A DNA stretch of 64,000 nt from Truepera sp. (GTDB taxonomy: Bacteria; Deinococcota; Deinococci; Deinococcales; Trueperaceae), in the NCBI GenBank assembly GCA_965218435.1, contig CBDCKW010000009.1:1664001-1728000 (forward strand), in the 5' to 3' direction. The translations under genes were made by a program, and so were the position numbers. Below the pieces are notes generated by a model that saw only the letters and a program-made list of their open reading frames with translations, was not told the origin of the DNA and searched no databases. Below, piece after piece: positions 19,886 through 30,801 of the stretch (positions are counted from its first letter, which is position 1; every line of letters begins with the position of its first letter).

Positions 19886-20020
19886 CATCTGGACAGCGGG
19901 CGGATTTCACCTGTTCCTCAACCCTTTGCTGTTGCAACGCCTTACTTTTAGAGGGTGGCGAGTAATGGTGGGGACGGGCTCACCCCAGCGTCGGTGCCGC
20001 CTTCTTAGTTAGTCGCGGCT

Positions 20021-20533
20021 CTAGGAACCAAAAAGGGTTTTTAAGTTGCCTAAACCAAGTTGGAAAAAGCCGCGGATCGCCCGTTCAGCGTCCGCTTTTG
20101 AAATGCCCACCGGCACAAACTCGCCCGACCAGGTGACGAGCGACCCGCCGTCGGCAGCTTTGACGGAAAGCGTTGCCGTGTAATCCGTCACCGGTGCCGG
20201 ACCTTTAAGCGTCCTATAGCTGTAAGACCTGCCGGCTGCGTCGTAGGTGATGAGCCTTTCGACACCCTCAGCGCCGTCGGCGGTGCGGACGCGCCGAACT
20301 TTGCCCCCGTCCTCGAGCGTACTCTTTGCAATCGCCGGGTGCCCTTTGGGAACGCCGTTAAAGTCACCCACAAGCTCCCAGACCTCTTCCGGTGAGGCGG
20401 AGAGTCGCGTTCGCGTCTCTCCCGTTACCTGTACCCTGTCCTTACCTGGTTCACCGCCACTTTCCTGAGCCAGGCTAAAGCCCAGCGTCAGACAAAGACA
20501 AACTACCAGCACCAACAGCCACGTCTTTTTCAT
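20021..20533 (-). CDS. Secreted SRPBCC/START-fold (polyketide cyclase-like) protein
   Basis: Signal peptide MKKTWLLVLVV...SLA; ASPEEVWELVGDF, ERL and SLVTWSGEF motifs; GGAGG RBS. Confidence 0.85.
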   Translation of the reverse strand: MKKTWLLVLVVCLCLTLGFSLAQESGGEPGKDRVQVTGETRTRLSASPEEVWELVGDFNGVPKGHPAIAKSTLEDGGKVRRVRTADGAEGVERLITYDAAGRSYSYRTLKGPAPVTDYTATLSVKAADGGSLVTWSGEFVPVGISKADAERAIRGFFQLGLGNLKTLFGS

Positions 20534-20677
20534 CGTACCTCCCTTTGTTGAGCTAGAGGTCGGGGGACGAAGGTAACAGGGCTCGAGGAGGGCAATGTCG
20601 CGGCGCTGATAGGTGCATTCGGACATGCCCGCTCCGGTACCGAGAACGGTCACAGTGTTGTCGCTCTCGCAAGTCGG

Positions 20678-21328
20678 TTATCGGTTTTTCCCACTTTCGA
20701 GCCGCGTGATGACGACGTCGATCTCGCGGCGGGCCGTGTCTTGGTCGACCGGTATCGCGGGTTCGGTACCCTTCAAGGCACCCCAGGGCACGAGGAGATC
20801 GAAGCTGAGGTCACGGAGCGTTCGGAGGCTATTGACGTAAGCCTCGCGGTTGCTCTCCCCGAGGACGACTGCGTACCACCCGTTGTCGCCGACCAGAAGG
20901 GAGTCGGCCGTAAACAAGCAGCGGTGCTTGGGTCCTGCCCAAAGGTAGGCAGCTGAGCCAAGGGTGTGGCCGGGAATGGGAATCGCCTCGAGATCGTCAG
21001 CGAGCATAAGACGCTGGTCGAAGGTCTCTGCGATAGGGACGTCTTTCTCGGCCTTCGCGCGGTCAGCAGCGTGGCACATGACCGGTGCACCGAGCCGCGC
21101 GGCGATGTCGGCGGCCCCCATGCTGGCTTCGTGCCAGTGGCCCAAGACGTGTCGGCGGAGACCACCGAGCGACTCGATCTCGTCAGCTTCCGCGGCGGTC
21201 CGGTCGGTGGCGTAAACGAGCGTGTTGCCGTCAGCGCCGCAGAGGAAAAAAGTGCGGATGAGGGTGTCAGGCGCGAAGATAAGCGGACGCGGTTCAGAAG
21301 CGTGTAGTCCGGGAACGATCTCGTGCAC
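20678..21328 (-). CDS. MBL-fold metallo-hydrolase-like protein
   Basis: GHWHEA, CHAAD, IPGHTLGS and LFTADS motifs. Confidence 0.8.
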   Translation of the reverse strand: MHEIVPGLHASEPRPLIFAPDTLIRTFFLCGADGNTLVYATDRTAAEADEIESLGGLRRHVLGHWHEASMGAADIAARLGAPVMCHAADRAKAEKDVPIAETFDQRLMLADDLEAIPIPGHTLGSAAYLWAGPKHRCLFTADSLLVGDNGWYAVVLGESNREAYVNSLRTLRDLSFDLLVPWGALKGTEPAIPVDQDTARREIDVVITRLESGKNR

Positions 21329-21337
21329 GTCAGTGAC

Positions 21338-22063
21338 CTAACCCTGCATCGGCATGCCCGCTTCAGCGGGTTCGGTGATCGCGGCTTCCAGGATTTTCTG
21401 GGCTACCTCTTCTGCCGAGTCAGGTTGTGGCCTCGACTGGTCAGAGTTCGGACGGGGACCATCGCCGGGATTTTCACTTAGGGCATTTTTGCCGAAGTCG
21501 GTGGCCGTCTGGCCTGGGAGGAACAGCACAACCCGGATGTTATCGTCGGCCAGCTCGTTGCGCGCTGTCAGGCTAAGGCCGTTGAGTGCATACTTAGTGG
21601 AGGCGTACGCACCGATTCCCGGTATTGCCATCTTGCTCACGTTGGAACTGATGTTGACGATCACGCCGCCGCCCTGCTCCTTCATCTTCGGTACAACCGC
21701 CTGAATCATGTAAAGTGGCCCAAATAGATTTAACTCGATGATCTTACGGTAGAGCTCGGGATTGACGGTGGCGACCGGGCCGACTGCCGCTTGCCCGGCA
21801 TTGTTGACAACCATGTCAATGCGGCCGAAGTGCTCGTAGGCCGTATCGATCAGGTCTTTTACCTGAGCTTCGTCGGTCATATCGGTCGGAACGACCAGCG
21901 TTTCGGCTTCGTCTGGCAAGCTACGGGCAACCTCTTCTAACTTGTCAGCAGACCGCGCCGCCAGAACCAACTTCGCGCCTGCCTCAGCGAAAGCGTGAGC
22001 CGTCGCCGCGCCAATCCCCATCGAAGCGCCGGTAACGATGACAACTTTGTCCTGAATTTCCAT
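21338..22063 (-). CDS. SDR oxidoreductase
   Basis: TGASMGIG, VVNNAG and YASTK motifs; AGGAGG RBS before ATG 22063. Confidence 0.93.
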   Translation of the reverse strand: MEIQDKVVIVTGASMGIGAATAHAFAEAGAKLVLAARSADKLEEVARSLPDEAETLVVPTDMTDEAQVKDLIDTAYEHFGRIDMVVNNAGQAAVGPVATVNPELYRKIIELNLFGPLYMIQAVVPKMKEQGGGVIVNISSNVSKMAIPGIGAYASTKYALNGLSLTARNELADDNIRVVLFLPGQTATDFGKNALSENPGDGPRPNSDQSRPQPDSAEEVAQKILEAAITEPAEAGMPMQG

Positions 22064-22121
22064 AATTTTTACCTCCTGAAAGTATAGGTGACCCTTGTCG
22101 TTTCCAGCTACTTTGAGTAAA

Positions 22122-22160
22122 GTGGAATGACGATCCATATAATACGGAGCCTTGCTCCAT
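22122..22160. promoter_or_regulatory. Candidate TetR operators between the divergent SDR and TetR genes
   Basis: Imperfect palindromes TGGAATGACGATCCA and GGAGC-CTT-GCTCC. Confidence 0.5.
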
Positions 22161-22192
22161 TTGTCAAGTGGATGGTAGATCGGGGATCAAAG

Positions 22193-22819
22193 ATGAGTAA
22201 GTTGCCGACCAGCGAAAGCGGTAAAGCTGAGCACGAAGGCCCAAACGCTCGGCCTATGCGCGCTGACGCACAACGGAATATGGACGCTTTGTTGGAGGCG
22301 GCAATAAAAGTGTTCGCAACGTCGGGTGTAGATGCTCCTGTGCGGGAGATTGCTGCCAAGGCGGGCGTGGGCATGGGCACCCTGTATCGTCATTTCCCGC
22401 AACGCTCGGACCTTGTGGTAGCAGTCTTCCGTCATGAGGTTGATGCCTGTGCCGCTGCTGCCGAGGTCTTGGCGGCGGAACACAAGCCGCACGAGGCGCT
22501 GGCCCTTTGGTTACAGCGTTACGCAGACTTCATTGCGACGAAACGCGGACTTGCAGCGGCTTTACACTCCGGAGACCCAGCCTTCGCCACGTTGCCTGCC
22601 TACTTCATTGAGCGGCTCCGACCCGCGCTGGGAGCGTTGCTTGACACAGCGGCGAAAGCAGGTGAGGTGCGTTCCGAGATTGGGCCAGACGACCTACTGA
22701 GCGCAGTCAGCAGCCTGTGTATGTCGGCTCACAACAATGAAACCAACTACACACGTCGTGTGGTTGCCCTGCTCGCCGACGGATTGCGGTTCGTTGCACA
22801 GCAAGAAGGTGTGTCCTGA
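22193..22819 (+). CDS. TetR/AcrR family regulator
   Basis: RADAQRN...REIAAKAGVGMGTLYRHFP HTH. Confidence 0.93.
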   Translation: MSKLPTSESGKAEHEGPNARPMRADAQRNMDALLEAAIKVFATSGVDAPVREIAAKAGVGMGTLYRHFPQRSDLVVAVFRHEVDACAAAAEVLAAEHKPHEALALWLQRYADFIATKRGLAAALHSGDPAFATLPAYFIERLRPALGALLDTAAKAGEVRSEIGPDDLLSAVSSLCMSAHNNETNYTRRVVALLADGLRFVAQQEGVS

Positions 22820-22921
22820 GCCGAAACGCTTTTACTAGTACACTAGACCTCCTTTCTTCCTTTCAGCCCTGGAGTAGTGGCGAACGGCCCTACCGCTCGG
22901 ACGCAGGTATATCGTAGACTA

Positions 22922-22952
22922 ATTAGGTAAACTAACATTTAGTTTACCTAAT
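22922..22952. promoter_or_regulatory. Perfect 14-bp inverted repeat, candidate MarR operator
   Basis: ATTAGGTAAACTAA-CAT-TTAGTTTACCTAAT ending 13 nt before the MarR ATG. Confidence 0.7.
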
Positions 22953-22965
22953 AATCAGAGTCATC

Positions 22966-23454
22966 ATGTTCAAGAACCGCTTCGATAGATACCTAGGGTT
23001 GGCGCAACAGTTCGGCGCACGAACAGTGTTTTTTCAGACTGCTGCGGCTCGCCGGCTCGAGCTCACCGCGACCGAGCTCGAGTGCTTCCGGCTGGTGCAG
23101 CACGGGGGCTCGCTAACGGCGTCAGACCTAGTACAGGAGACAGTGCTCACGCCAGCTTCGCTAAGCGTTATCGTCGACAAGCTTGTCACCAGGGCGTTCT
23201 TAAGTCGTGAGCAAGACCCCAACGACCGCCGCCGCTGGCGCTTGCGGACGAATCAGGCGGCAACGGCGAAGGTCGAGGCCGTCTACGCCGCACATGCAAG
23301 TCGGGCGGAGAAACTACTCGGCGACTACAGTGACGAAGAGTTCGAGGTTATCTTGCGTTTTATGGATAGGTTCGCCGACGAGCTGAAAGCGACGGCCATC
23401 AGCTTTTCCCAGGACGGTCCGGCGAGGGAGCGCGGCAAGCACTTAGACCGATAG
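22966..23454 (+). CDS. MarR family regulator
   Basis: LTPASLSVIVDKLV...REQDPNDRRR winged HTH. Confidence 0.9.
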   Translation: MFKNRFDRYLGLAQQFGARTVFFQTAAARRLELTATELECFRLVQHGGSLTASDLVQETVLTPASLSVIVDKLVTRAFLSREQDPNDRRRWRLRTNQAATAKVEAVYAAHASRAEKLLGDYSDEEFEVILRFMDRFADELKATAISFSQDGPARERGKHLDR

Positions 23455-23767
23455 GGCGTCGGTAGGCTGGTGTAGCCGTTGCCTCGGCGGATACTGTCTT
23501 ACGCCCGAGAACGAAATGTGCGCCGTACCCGAGGTAGAATCGTCCTCGAGCCTTTGGATAGCGGACTCGAGCTTGAGGCAGGGTTACTGTGTTTGTAGCT
23601 TGCCGGTGTACCTGCCGCGTCCTGACACCCGCAGCATCTGGACACCCGCAGCATTGTCACGAGAGGTCGCGGCAACCGTTATCTTAGAATAGGTGCGCTG
23701 GACAGCAAATTTCAGGCTGAGAGCGTTGTCGACCAGATATTACCTGCTACTAATACCGAAGGTGCAG

Positions 23768-24754
<987 letters not shown>

Positions 24755-24849
24755 AACGCCTCCTCTTGCAAGGCAGCCTAAACCGGGAGCGCAGCGGGGT
24801 TTGTCACGAGCGTTGCAAAACCACAGCTGAGAGCTTGTTAGCGTAAGAC

Positions 24850-25566
24850 ATGAATTTAACAGGTAAGACCGCACTGATTACCGGGGGCAGTAAAGGGATC
24901 GGCTACGGCGTCGCTGAGGCGCTCGTTAAAGAAGGCGTCAACGTGACCGTCACCTCGCGTCATGAAGATGAAGTCACGGCTGCCGCCGAAAAACTCTCGA
25001 GTCAAGGCCCCGGCCGCGCCCTCGGCGTCGTCTGCAACGTACGCAACTATAGTGAGCAGCAAGCCGCCGTGCAAAAGACCGTAGACGAGTTCAGAGGGCT
25101 CAACGTTCTCGTCGCCAACGCCGGGTTCGGCACCTTTGCACCGATTCAGGAGATGACGCCCGACGAGTGGAACGACACGGTTGACACCAACCTGACCGGC
25201 GTGTTTTACAGCGTCAAAGCGTCGTTAGAGGCGCTTAAAAAACAGGGCGGCTACATCTTTACCATCTCGTCTTTGGCCGGGAAAAACCCGGTGGCCGGGG
25301 GTTCGGCGTATAACGCCAGCAAATTCGGACTGAACGGCTTTTCCGAGGCGATTATGCTTGACCTACGTCAAGATGATATTCAGGTCTCGACCATTATGCC
25401 GGGGTCGGTCGCTACCGGGTTTGGTGGTCAAGAGGTTTCAGAAGCAGACGCCTGGAAGATTCAGCCTGAAGACATCGCCGAGATCGTCGTTTCACTCCTT
25501 AAACTGCCCGAGCGCACCTTGCCGAGCCGAGTTGAAGTAAGGCCGAGCAAACCGCCAAAAAAATAA
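24850..25566 (+). CDS. SDR oxidoreductase
   Basis: [13 protein letters not shown] and YNASK motifs. Confidence 0.94.
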   Translation: MNLTGKTALITGGSKGIGYGVAEALVKEGVNVTVTSRHEDEVTAAAEKLSSQGPGRALGVVCNVRNYSEQQAAVQKTVDEFRGLNVLVANAGFGTFAPIQEMTPDEWNDTVDTNLTGVFYSVKASLEALKKQGGYIFTISSLAGKNPVAGGSAYNASKFGLNGFSEAIMLDLRQDDIQVSTIMPGSVATGFGGQEVSEADAWKIQPEDIAEIVVSLLKLPERTLPSRVEVRPSKPPKK

Positions 25567-25593
25567 TGAGGGAAACAAAAAACGCAGAAAAAT

Positions 25594-25701
25594 TAGGAGC
25601 CGTCTCATAAACAAACAGCAGGCCGCGTAGCTGCTGAACCGGGCTTAGCCTCTTTCTCGGTTGTACAAAGCTTCTGCGCGAGTTTTTTGAGACGACTTTT
25701 A
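25594..25701. repeat. MITE-like element with family C-type ends but a different interior
   Basis: TAGGAGCCGTCTCATAAAC ... GTTTTTTGAGACGACTTTTA imperfect inverted ends; similar length to family C. Confidence 0.5.
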
Positions 25702-26119
25702 GGTAGTGCCGAGGTTGGCTCTTATTGTTCCACTTTTAGGTGCGCGGGAGGCGTTATCTTGACTGCTTAATGCTTACTTTTTTCGCACTATACATTGCTG
25801 ACCGACACGTTCAGGATGTCAACAAAACCTAGTTAAAGGTACTGCAGCGCAGCCTGAAGTTGACCTAAAAACCATCTTAAAAGCGCGTGTACAAGTCCTG
25901 ACGCCCAGCACTTCATTGGGTCAACTAGGGTCTTGATAGCAACTTCTCGGACTCTGCTCCAGACGCCGACTGCGTTTTAGATTTCTCACACCTGCAATTT
26001 CGGGAGTTCGGCTCCTGGCGGAGGTATACGTTTGGTAGGACAACGTGTTATCTTTCAAATGGCTGTTGAGGCACATAGTCAGCCTTATGAGGATACGACA
26101 AAAATACCGGGGGAATCAC

Positions 26120-26335
26120 TTGCGGAGTCGGGCGCTCAATTTAGCTTTTAACCGCGCCCTCGTTGACGTAGCGTACCGGCAGGCGCTCTTTTTAGACTTA
26201 CGCCGAATGCTCCTCGAGGCAGGGGTCCCGGAAGCTGAGATTGTGAGTCTCGAGGCCCACACGCCGCGTTCGCTCGAGGGGCTGGCGCAGGCACTCGAGG
26301 CGGCGCACGTCTCGACCTTTACGCCTAAAGATTAG
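26120..26335 (+). CDS. Small hypothetical protein, resembling NHLP/Os1348-type leader-like proteins
   Basis: ALNLAFNRALVDVAYRQALFLDLRRMLLEAGV helix pattern; GGGGGA RBS before TTG 26120; start uncertain (ORF open from 26045). Confidence 0.55.
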   Translation: MRSRALNLAFNRALVDVAYRQALFLDLRRMLLEAGVPEAEIVSLEAHTPRSLEGLAQALEAAHVSTFTPKD

Positions 26336-26344
26336 TCTCCAAAA

Positions 26345-27226
26345 TCAGTCTTTGGCAGTCACTTTAGGCTTGAGGGTTTCAGACTGTGCAAAGTCGGGGT
26401 TGGCCCGCACCTCAGGCGCGCGAACGTAACTGCGCGTATCAACCTCGAGTTCAGCGAAGCGGGCGTCACCTGCCCGCTCTTTCCAGATACGCGCTTTGGC
26501 CGGAATCCCGAGCCCGATCACGTGCGGCTCGAAGTCGCGGGTCACGAGCGCCAGTGCGCCCATCATACTGTCGTCACTTAAAACCGTCCCGGCCAAGACG
26601 GTCGCGTGATACGCCACCCGGACGCCGCGCCCGATCACGGTTCTTTTCAGGGTCACGTCCGGCGACTCTAACACGCTGTGGGTGTGACTGTAGACGTTGG
26701 CATAATCGGACAAGTTGACGCCGTCGTGGAGTTTGACGCCGCCAATATCATCAATAAAAACATTTCGGTGAACAGACACGTTATCGCCGACCTCGAGGTT
26801 ATAACCCACCGAGACCTCGACATTTTGAAAGATATTGAGATTTTTACCCGTATGGGCGAAGATGCGCTCGGCTAACATCCGCCGGAGCCGTAACCCACTT
26901 TCAACCGATTGACCCATTGGGGTTAGGTCGAGGCTTTTCCAGAGCCAGAGCAGCGGTTTAACGTGAGCAAAACGTTCCTGATCGGTCACGACGTAACGCT
27001 CAGCCTCGAACAAGACGTTGCGCGGGTCGAGAGCGAAGGCGGCGGCAGGCGCACGCTCGGCGAGTTCAGCGTAAGGCGCGGCGTGCAGCACCTGAGCGAG
27101 CGTCTCACGCACCGTCTCGAAACGGTCTAAACCGGGATCGTCTAAACGCTCGGCCAAGTCGCCTAAAAATTTCGTTAAAAACGCCTCACCGGCGGGCGCA
27201 ATGCTGCGCGGGACTAACCAGGGCAT
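26345..27226 (-). CDS. Left-handed beta-helix acyltransferase
   Basis: Hexapeptide repeats (VGDNVSVHRNVFIDD, TVIGRGVRV) and GIPAK. Confidence 0.88.
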   Translation of the reverse strand: MPWLVPRSIAPAGEAFLTKFLGDLAERLDDPGLDRFETVRETLAQVLHAAPYAELAERAPAAAFALDPRNVLFEAERYVVTDQERFAHVKPLLWLWKSLDLTPMGQSVESGLRLRRMLAERIFAHTGKNLNIFQNVEVSVGYNLEVGDNVSVHRNVFIDDIGGVKLHDGVNLSDYANVYSHTHSVLESPDVTLKRTVIGRGVRVAYHATVLAGTVLSDDSMMGALALVTRDFEPHVIGLGIPAKARIWKERAGDARFAELEVDTRSYVRAPEVRANPDFAQSETLKPKVTAKD

Positions 27227-27309
27227 AGGGCGACTTTCATAGCGTTACCTTAGCTTTCGGGGTGTACGGGCCGCGTCGCCCAGCCTACGCGCCTGAATTT
27301 CGTTGACCC

Positions 27310-27434
27310 TGGAAACCGTCTCAAAAACTTTTTTCGGACTGAGGGCTAAAAAGAGTTGGCCGAGCCAGCCAAGTAAGCTAAGACGCTCTAAGTCTGGAAA
27401 ATCTAAGCCTAGGAAATCTTTGAGCTAGATTGTA
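27310..27434. mobile_element. MITE-like element family C, degenerate copy 2
   Basis: GAAACCGTCTCAAAAAC left end; CCGAGC...GACGCTCTAAGTCTGG interior; short internal duplication near the right end. Confidence 0.65.
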
Positions 27435-27510
27435 AAGTCAGCGGGGCGTTGGTAGCAGGCCGCCAAAAGAAGTCGGAACGAAGGATTCAGAATAATTCAA
27501 GCAAGAACCG

Positions 27511-27690
27511 GGCTTTGCACAAAAAGTCTACAAAAAGTCATAAGGATGCATTTTGGAAAATTTACTTGCACCGAAGCTTGTTGAGGGACTTTGAAATTTG
27601 CGTCGGTGACTACAAAGCTTATTCCAGTCTATTCGTCGATTTTATGGCGTGAAAACTTATGAGGCTGGAGAGGACTTTTTGTGCAAAGCC
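27511..27690. mobile_element. MITE family A, copy 2 (180 bp)
   Basis: Identical by eye to 18803-18982; own 9-bp TSD CAAGAACCG at 27502-27510 and 27691-27699. Confidence 0.95.
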
Positions 27691-27801
27691 CAAGAACCGG
27701 TTGTTTCTTACGCAGCAGAGACGTAACGACAAAAGCGAAGAGCGCAACAACGCATTTTGGCGACATGTTTCTTTGAGACGACCGCAAACCAGCTCAGCCG
27801 G

Positions 27802-28443
27802 TTAGAGAAACCGCACACCCGTCACACCGAGCACCGGGTCGTGCAGCAGCCGTACCCGCTGACGCAAAAGCTGTGAGGCGCGGCCCGCTTCGGCGTCACC
27901 GGCGTCGGTTTGGGTTGGCGGCGCAATGATAACCGGCCGCGCCGCGAGCGCGACCGATCCGGTGTGCGTCGTACGCGCCCACAGCGCGTCAAACGACCAG
28001 TCGTCGGCCCAGGTGTCTTTGAGGGCCAAAAGTGCCGGACGCCCTTTGGTCACGACGCGGCCCTCCGCTACCGTTGTGCCTTCAGCCCCCGACGTATTCG
28101 GGCGGCGTACCCGGAGGCGGGTCGGCAGGTCGGCGAGACCGGCATAAAAGAGGTCAACAAACTCGTCGAGCAAAAAGTGCTGCCGTAAAAGTGCTTGTGC
28201 GTCAGGTGCGAGTTCCTCGAGGTCGTCCTCGTCGGGGTCTGAGAGGTCTAACCCGGCAAAGAGGGCGCTGAGCTGGGCAGGCAGGTTATTGAGGCGGTAA
28301 AAGGTTTCTTCAGCTGTGCTGGGAACAACGCGGAGCGGTGCGAGCCGAACGCCTGCAGCAGCAAGTTGCGCCAGCGCAGCGAGCTCGGGGGACGCGTCAG
28401 CAGCGGCAACGACGTCGGTAGGGGCGATAAGCAAAGTAGACAC
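27802..28443 (-). CDS. Hypothetical protein
   Basis: 213-codon ORF with host-like codon usage; TATAGT -10 just before the GTG. Confidence 0.75.
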   Translation of the reverse strand: MSTLLIAPTDVVAAADASPELAALAQLAAAGVRLAPLRVVPSTAEETFYRLNNLPAQLSALFAGLDLSDPDEDDLEELAPDAQALLRQHFLLDEFVDLFYAGLADLPTRLRVRRPNTSGAEGTTVAEGRVVTKGRPALLALKDTWADDWSFDALWARTTHTGSVALAARPVIIAPPTQTDAGDAEAGRASQLLRQRVRLLHDPVLGVTGVRFL

Positions 28444-28695
28444 AACTCAACTATAACGGACATGATTTGTCGGAAGCCTCGAGTCGCCGGCGGTTAAGCT
28501 GCAGTGACCTCAGCTTTTGTCCTCACGTTTTTGCGTGCTTATGAGACGATATCTTCGTCGAGCCGGTAGCTTCCTTTTACGTTCCTAATTCTAACTTCTT
28601 ACAGCCTGCCGCCAGCTTAGCAGGTTGATAAAACTTCGTCGGCAAGTCGAACACCGGCCCCAGGCTCATCGAACTGCAGCAAGTCATGATAAAGT

Positions 28696-29991
28696 TTGAC
28701 TGTGGTACGTTCTCAACCGCACCGTAAAAACCCACTGCGGGCTTTTTTAGCCGTTGCGCTGCTGTTGGCTTTCGCCGGTTTTATTGTTCTCCTCGGTACC
28801 CGCTACGCTCAAGTCGGCGTGGTGCGCGTTCCAGACGTGGTCGGTTTAAGCGCCAACGACGCCAGCCAGACGCTGCGCGCTCAGGGCTTTGAAGTCTCGA
28901 CCTATCCTGACAGTGCCCCGGGGACGCCCCCTGAAAGCGTGACCCGCCAGACACCGGCGGCGGGCGCATCGGTACGCCGTGGCCGCGGCGTCGCGCTCGG
29001 CGTCAGTACGGCGGGTACGAGCACCGTACCACGGCTGACCGGCTTAAGTCAGAGTGACGCTGAAGCGGTGTTGGCGCGTGCCGGGTTAGAACTCGTGGGC
29101 CTCACCTACCGCAACGCTCCGCAACCCCAGGGAACTGTTTTGGTGCAGCGCCCGGCGGCGGGCGAAACGGTGAGCACAGGAACGGTGCAGCTCAGCTTAA
29201 GTTTGGGGCCGCAGCCACGGCACGTTCGCCTTCCCAGAGTCGTCGGCAAACGTCTGGACGTGGCGCAGCAGCAGCTGAGCAACCTCGGTTTTCGCCAGAT
29301 CGTCACGGTTCCGGTGCGGCTGGGACCGCCGGGCGTCACCGCGCAAACACCCACAGCTGGACAGCGTGTCAGCGTTAGTGCGCCCGTGACGCTCTACTAC
29401 ACGGTCGCCAACCGGCAGGTGGTGCCCGTGCCGCCTCTTCGCGGTTTGGCTTTAGCGCAGGCTGCGGAGCGGTTACAAGCCGCCGGACTCCGCGTCGGTT
29501 TTGTCACTACCGACCCGTTTGACCCGGCGGAGCCGAGCGGGGTCAGCGAGGTCAAACCGGACGCTTATACCCTCTGGGGCACCGCCGTCGAGCTCCATAC
29601 CAACGGCGACGCAGGCTCATATCGGGTGCAAACGCCCGCTTTGCCGCCGCTAAGGACGCGCACCGAACAGGCTCAGCGTCCAGGGCCAAACGCCGCACAA
29701 TTAGGCAACGCGGGTAACGTCGCTTCTAGGACGAACGCTACCCCGCTCCCGGCCACCGGCGGCCGCGTGATCTCGATTGATTACGACCCGGCCAATTATT
29801 CGTTTTTGCAGGGGCGTGCGTACGAGTTTAAGGTCGAGGTTACCGATGATGAAGGCACCCGTGTCGCGTTAGAACGCGCCATGAAACCTGACGAGGTAGT
29901 CCAAGACAGCGTGACCGTTTACGGTGAGACCGAGCTGCGGATGTATATTGACGGCCAGATCGTCTTAGCATACAACCCGCCTAATCCGTAA
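28696..29991 (+). CDS. PASTA domain-containing membrane protein
   Basis: N-terminal TM and four repeats of VPxxxGxxxxxAxxxL, most followed by QxP. Confidence 0.9.
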   Translation: MTVVRSQPHRKNPLRAFLAVALLLAFAGFIVLLGTRYAQVGVVRVPDVVGLSANDASQTLRAQGFEVSTYPDSAPGTPPESVTRQTPAAGASVRRGRGVALGVSTAGTSTVPRLTGLSQSDAEAVLARAGLELVGLTYRNAPQPQGTVLVQRPAAGETVSTGTVQLSLSLGPQPRHVRLPRVVGKRLDVAQQQLSNLGFRQIVTVPVRLGPPGVTAQTPTAGQRVSVSAPVTLYYTVANRQVVPVPPLRGLALAQAAERLQAAGLRVGFVTTDPFDPAEPSGVSEVKPDAYTLWGTAVELHTNGDAGSYRVQTPALPPLRTRTEQAQRPGPNAAQLGNAGNVASRTNATPLPATGGRVISIDYDPANYSFLQGRAYEFKVEVTDDEGTRVALERAMKPDEVVQDSVTVYGETELRMYIDGQIVLAYNPPNP

Positions 29992-30000
29992 AGCTTCAAG

Positions 30001-30801
30001 CTAGAACAGTGCGTCGGGTAGGGAGAGCACCCCGAGCAGCTGCGCCGCGACCGAAATGGCGACGGCTTGGGGGCTTTTACCGGGAACATTGGGAAGACCG
30101 ATAGGCGTGGTGACACGCGCCAAGTCGTTTTCGCCCAAGCCGTGTTGCACCAGCTCACGGCGAAAGTGCGTCCACTTACTCGTTGACCCGATCAAGCCGA
30201 TAAAGCCGAAGGTATCGGTGCGGAGGGCACGCTCGAGCACCGCCATATCTTCGGCGTGGTCGTGCGTCAAGATGAGCAGGTGGGCACCTCGGGGCAAGGC
30301 ATCTAAAATACTCTCAGGAACCGGCGCGTGATGGGTTGTAACCGAAGCGGTCAAAGGTACAGGTAGTGGACGCTTGAGAGCTTCGGGCCTCGAGTCGATT
30401 AGCTGCAGCTCTACAGGCAACGTCCCTAACACCTGCACCAGTGCCCACCCGACGTGGCCCGCGCCGAAAATCGCCACCGTCGGACGTTCGGGATAGTGAG
30501 GCTCCAAAAGCAGCGTCACTTCTCCCCCGCAGCACTGCACGCCGTAGTCGCCGCCCTTAAGCCCTAACGTTTGGGTGGCTATTTCGGGCACGGTGACGCG
30601 CTCAGCAAGAAGCGTACGGGCGCGGTCTATGGTGTGGGCCTCGAGGTTACCCCCACCGATACTGCCCCAGACCGCAGCAGCACTGACGACCAGCTTGCTG
30701 CCGGCCCCGCGCGGCGCGTGACCCCGAACCTGAGCAATCGTCACGAGGACGAACGGCGTCCCTGTCTTACTCAGAGTCGTGACATTTGAAAGCCAACTCA
30801 T
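30001..30801 (-). CDS. xdhC: Xanthine dehydrogenase accessory protein
   Basis: GHAPRGAGSK, GSIGGGNLE, QCCGG, FGAGHVG, THDHAED and GLIGS motifs. Confidence 0.95.
   Translation of the reverse strand: MSWLSNVTTLSKTGTPFVLVTIAQVRGHAPRGAGSKLVVSAAAVWGSIGGGNLEAHTIDRARTLLAERVTVPEIATQTLGLKGGDYGVQCCGGEVTLLLEPHYPERPTVAIFGAGHVGWALVQVLGTLPVELQLIDSRPEALKRPLPVPLTASVTTHHAPVPESILDALPRGAHLLILTHDHAEDMAVLERALRTDTFGFIGLIGSTSKWTHFRRELVQHGLGENDLARVTTPIGLPNVPGKSPQAVAISVAAQLLGVLSLPDALF

Noticed and set aside
23624..23654. 14-bp direct repeat GACACCCGCAGCAT twice
   Set aside because: Only two units 3 nt apart; a local slippage duplication, not a CRISPR or iteron array.
27310..27785. Possible larger composite element ending at TTTGAGACGACC near 27772
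   Set aside because: Match to the family C end is short, a nearer right end exists at about 27430, and no TSD is visible.
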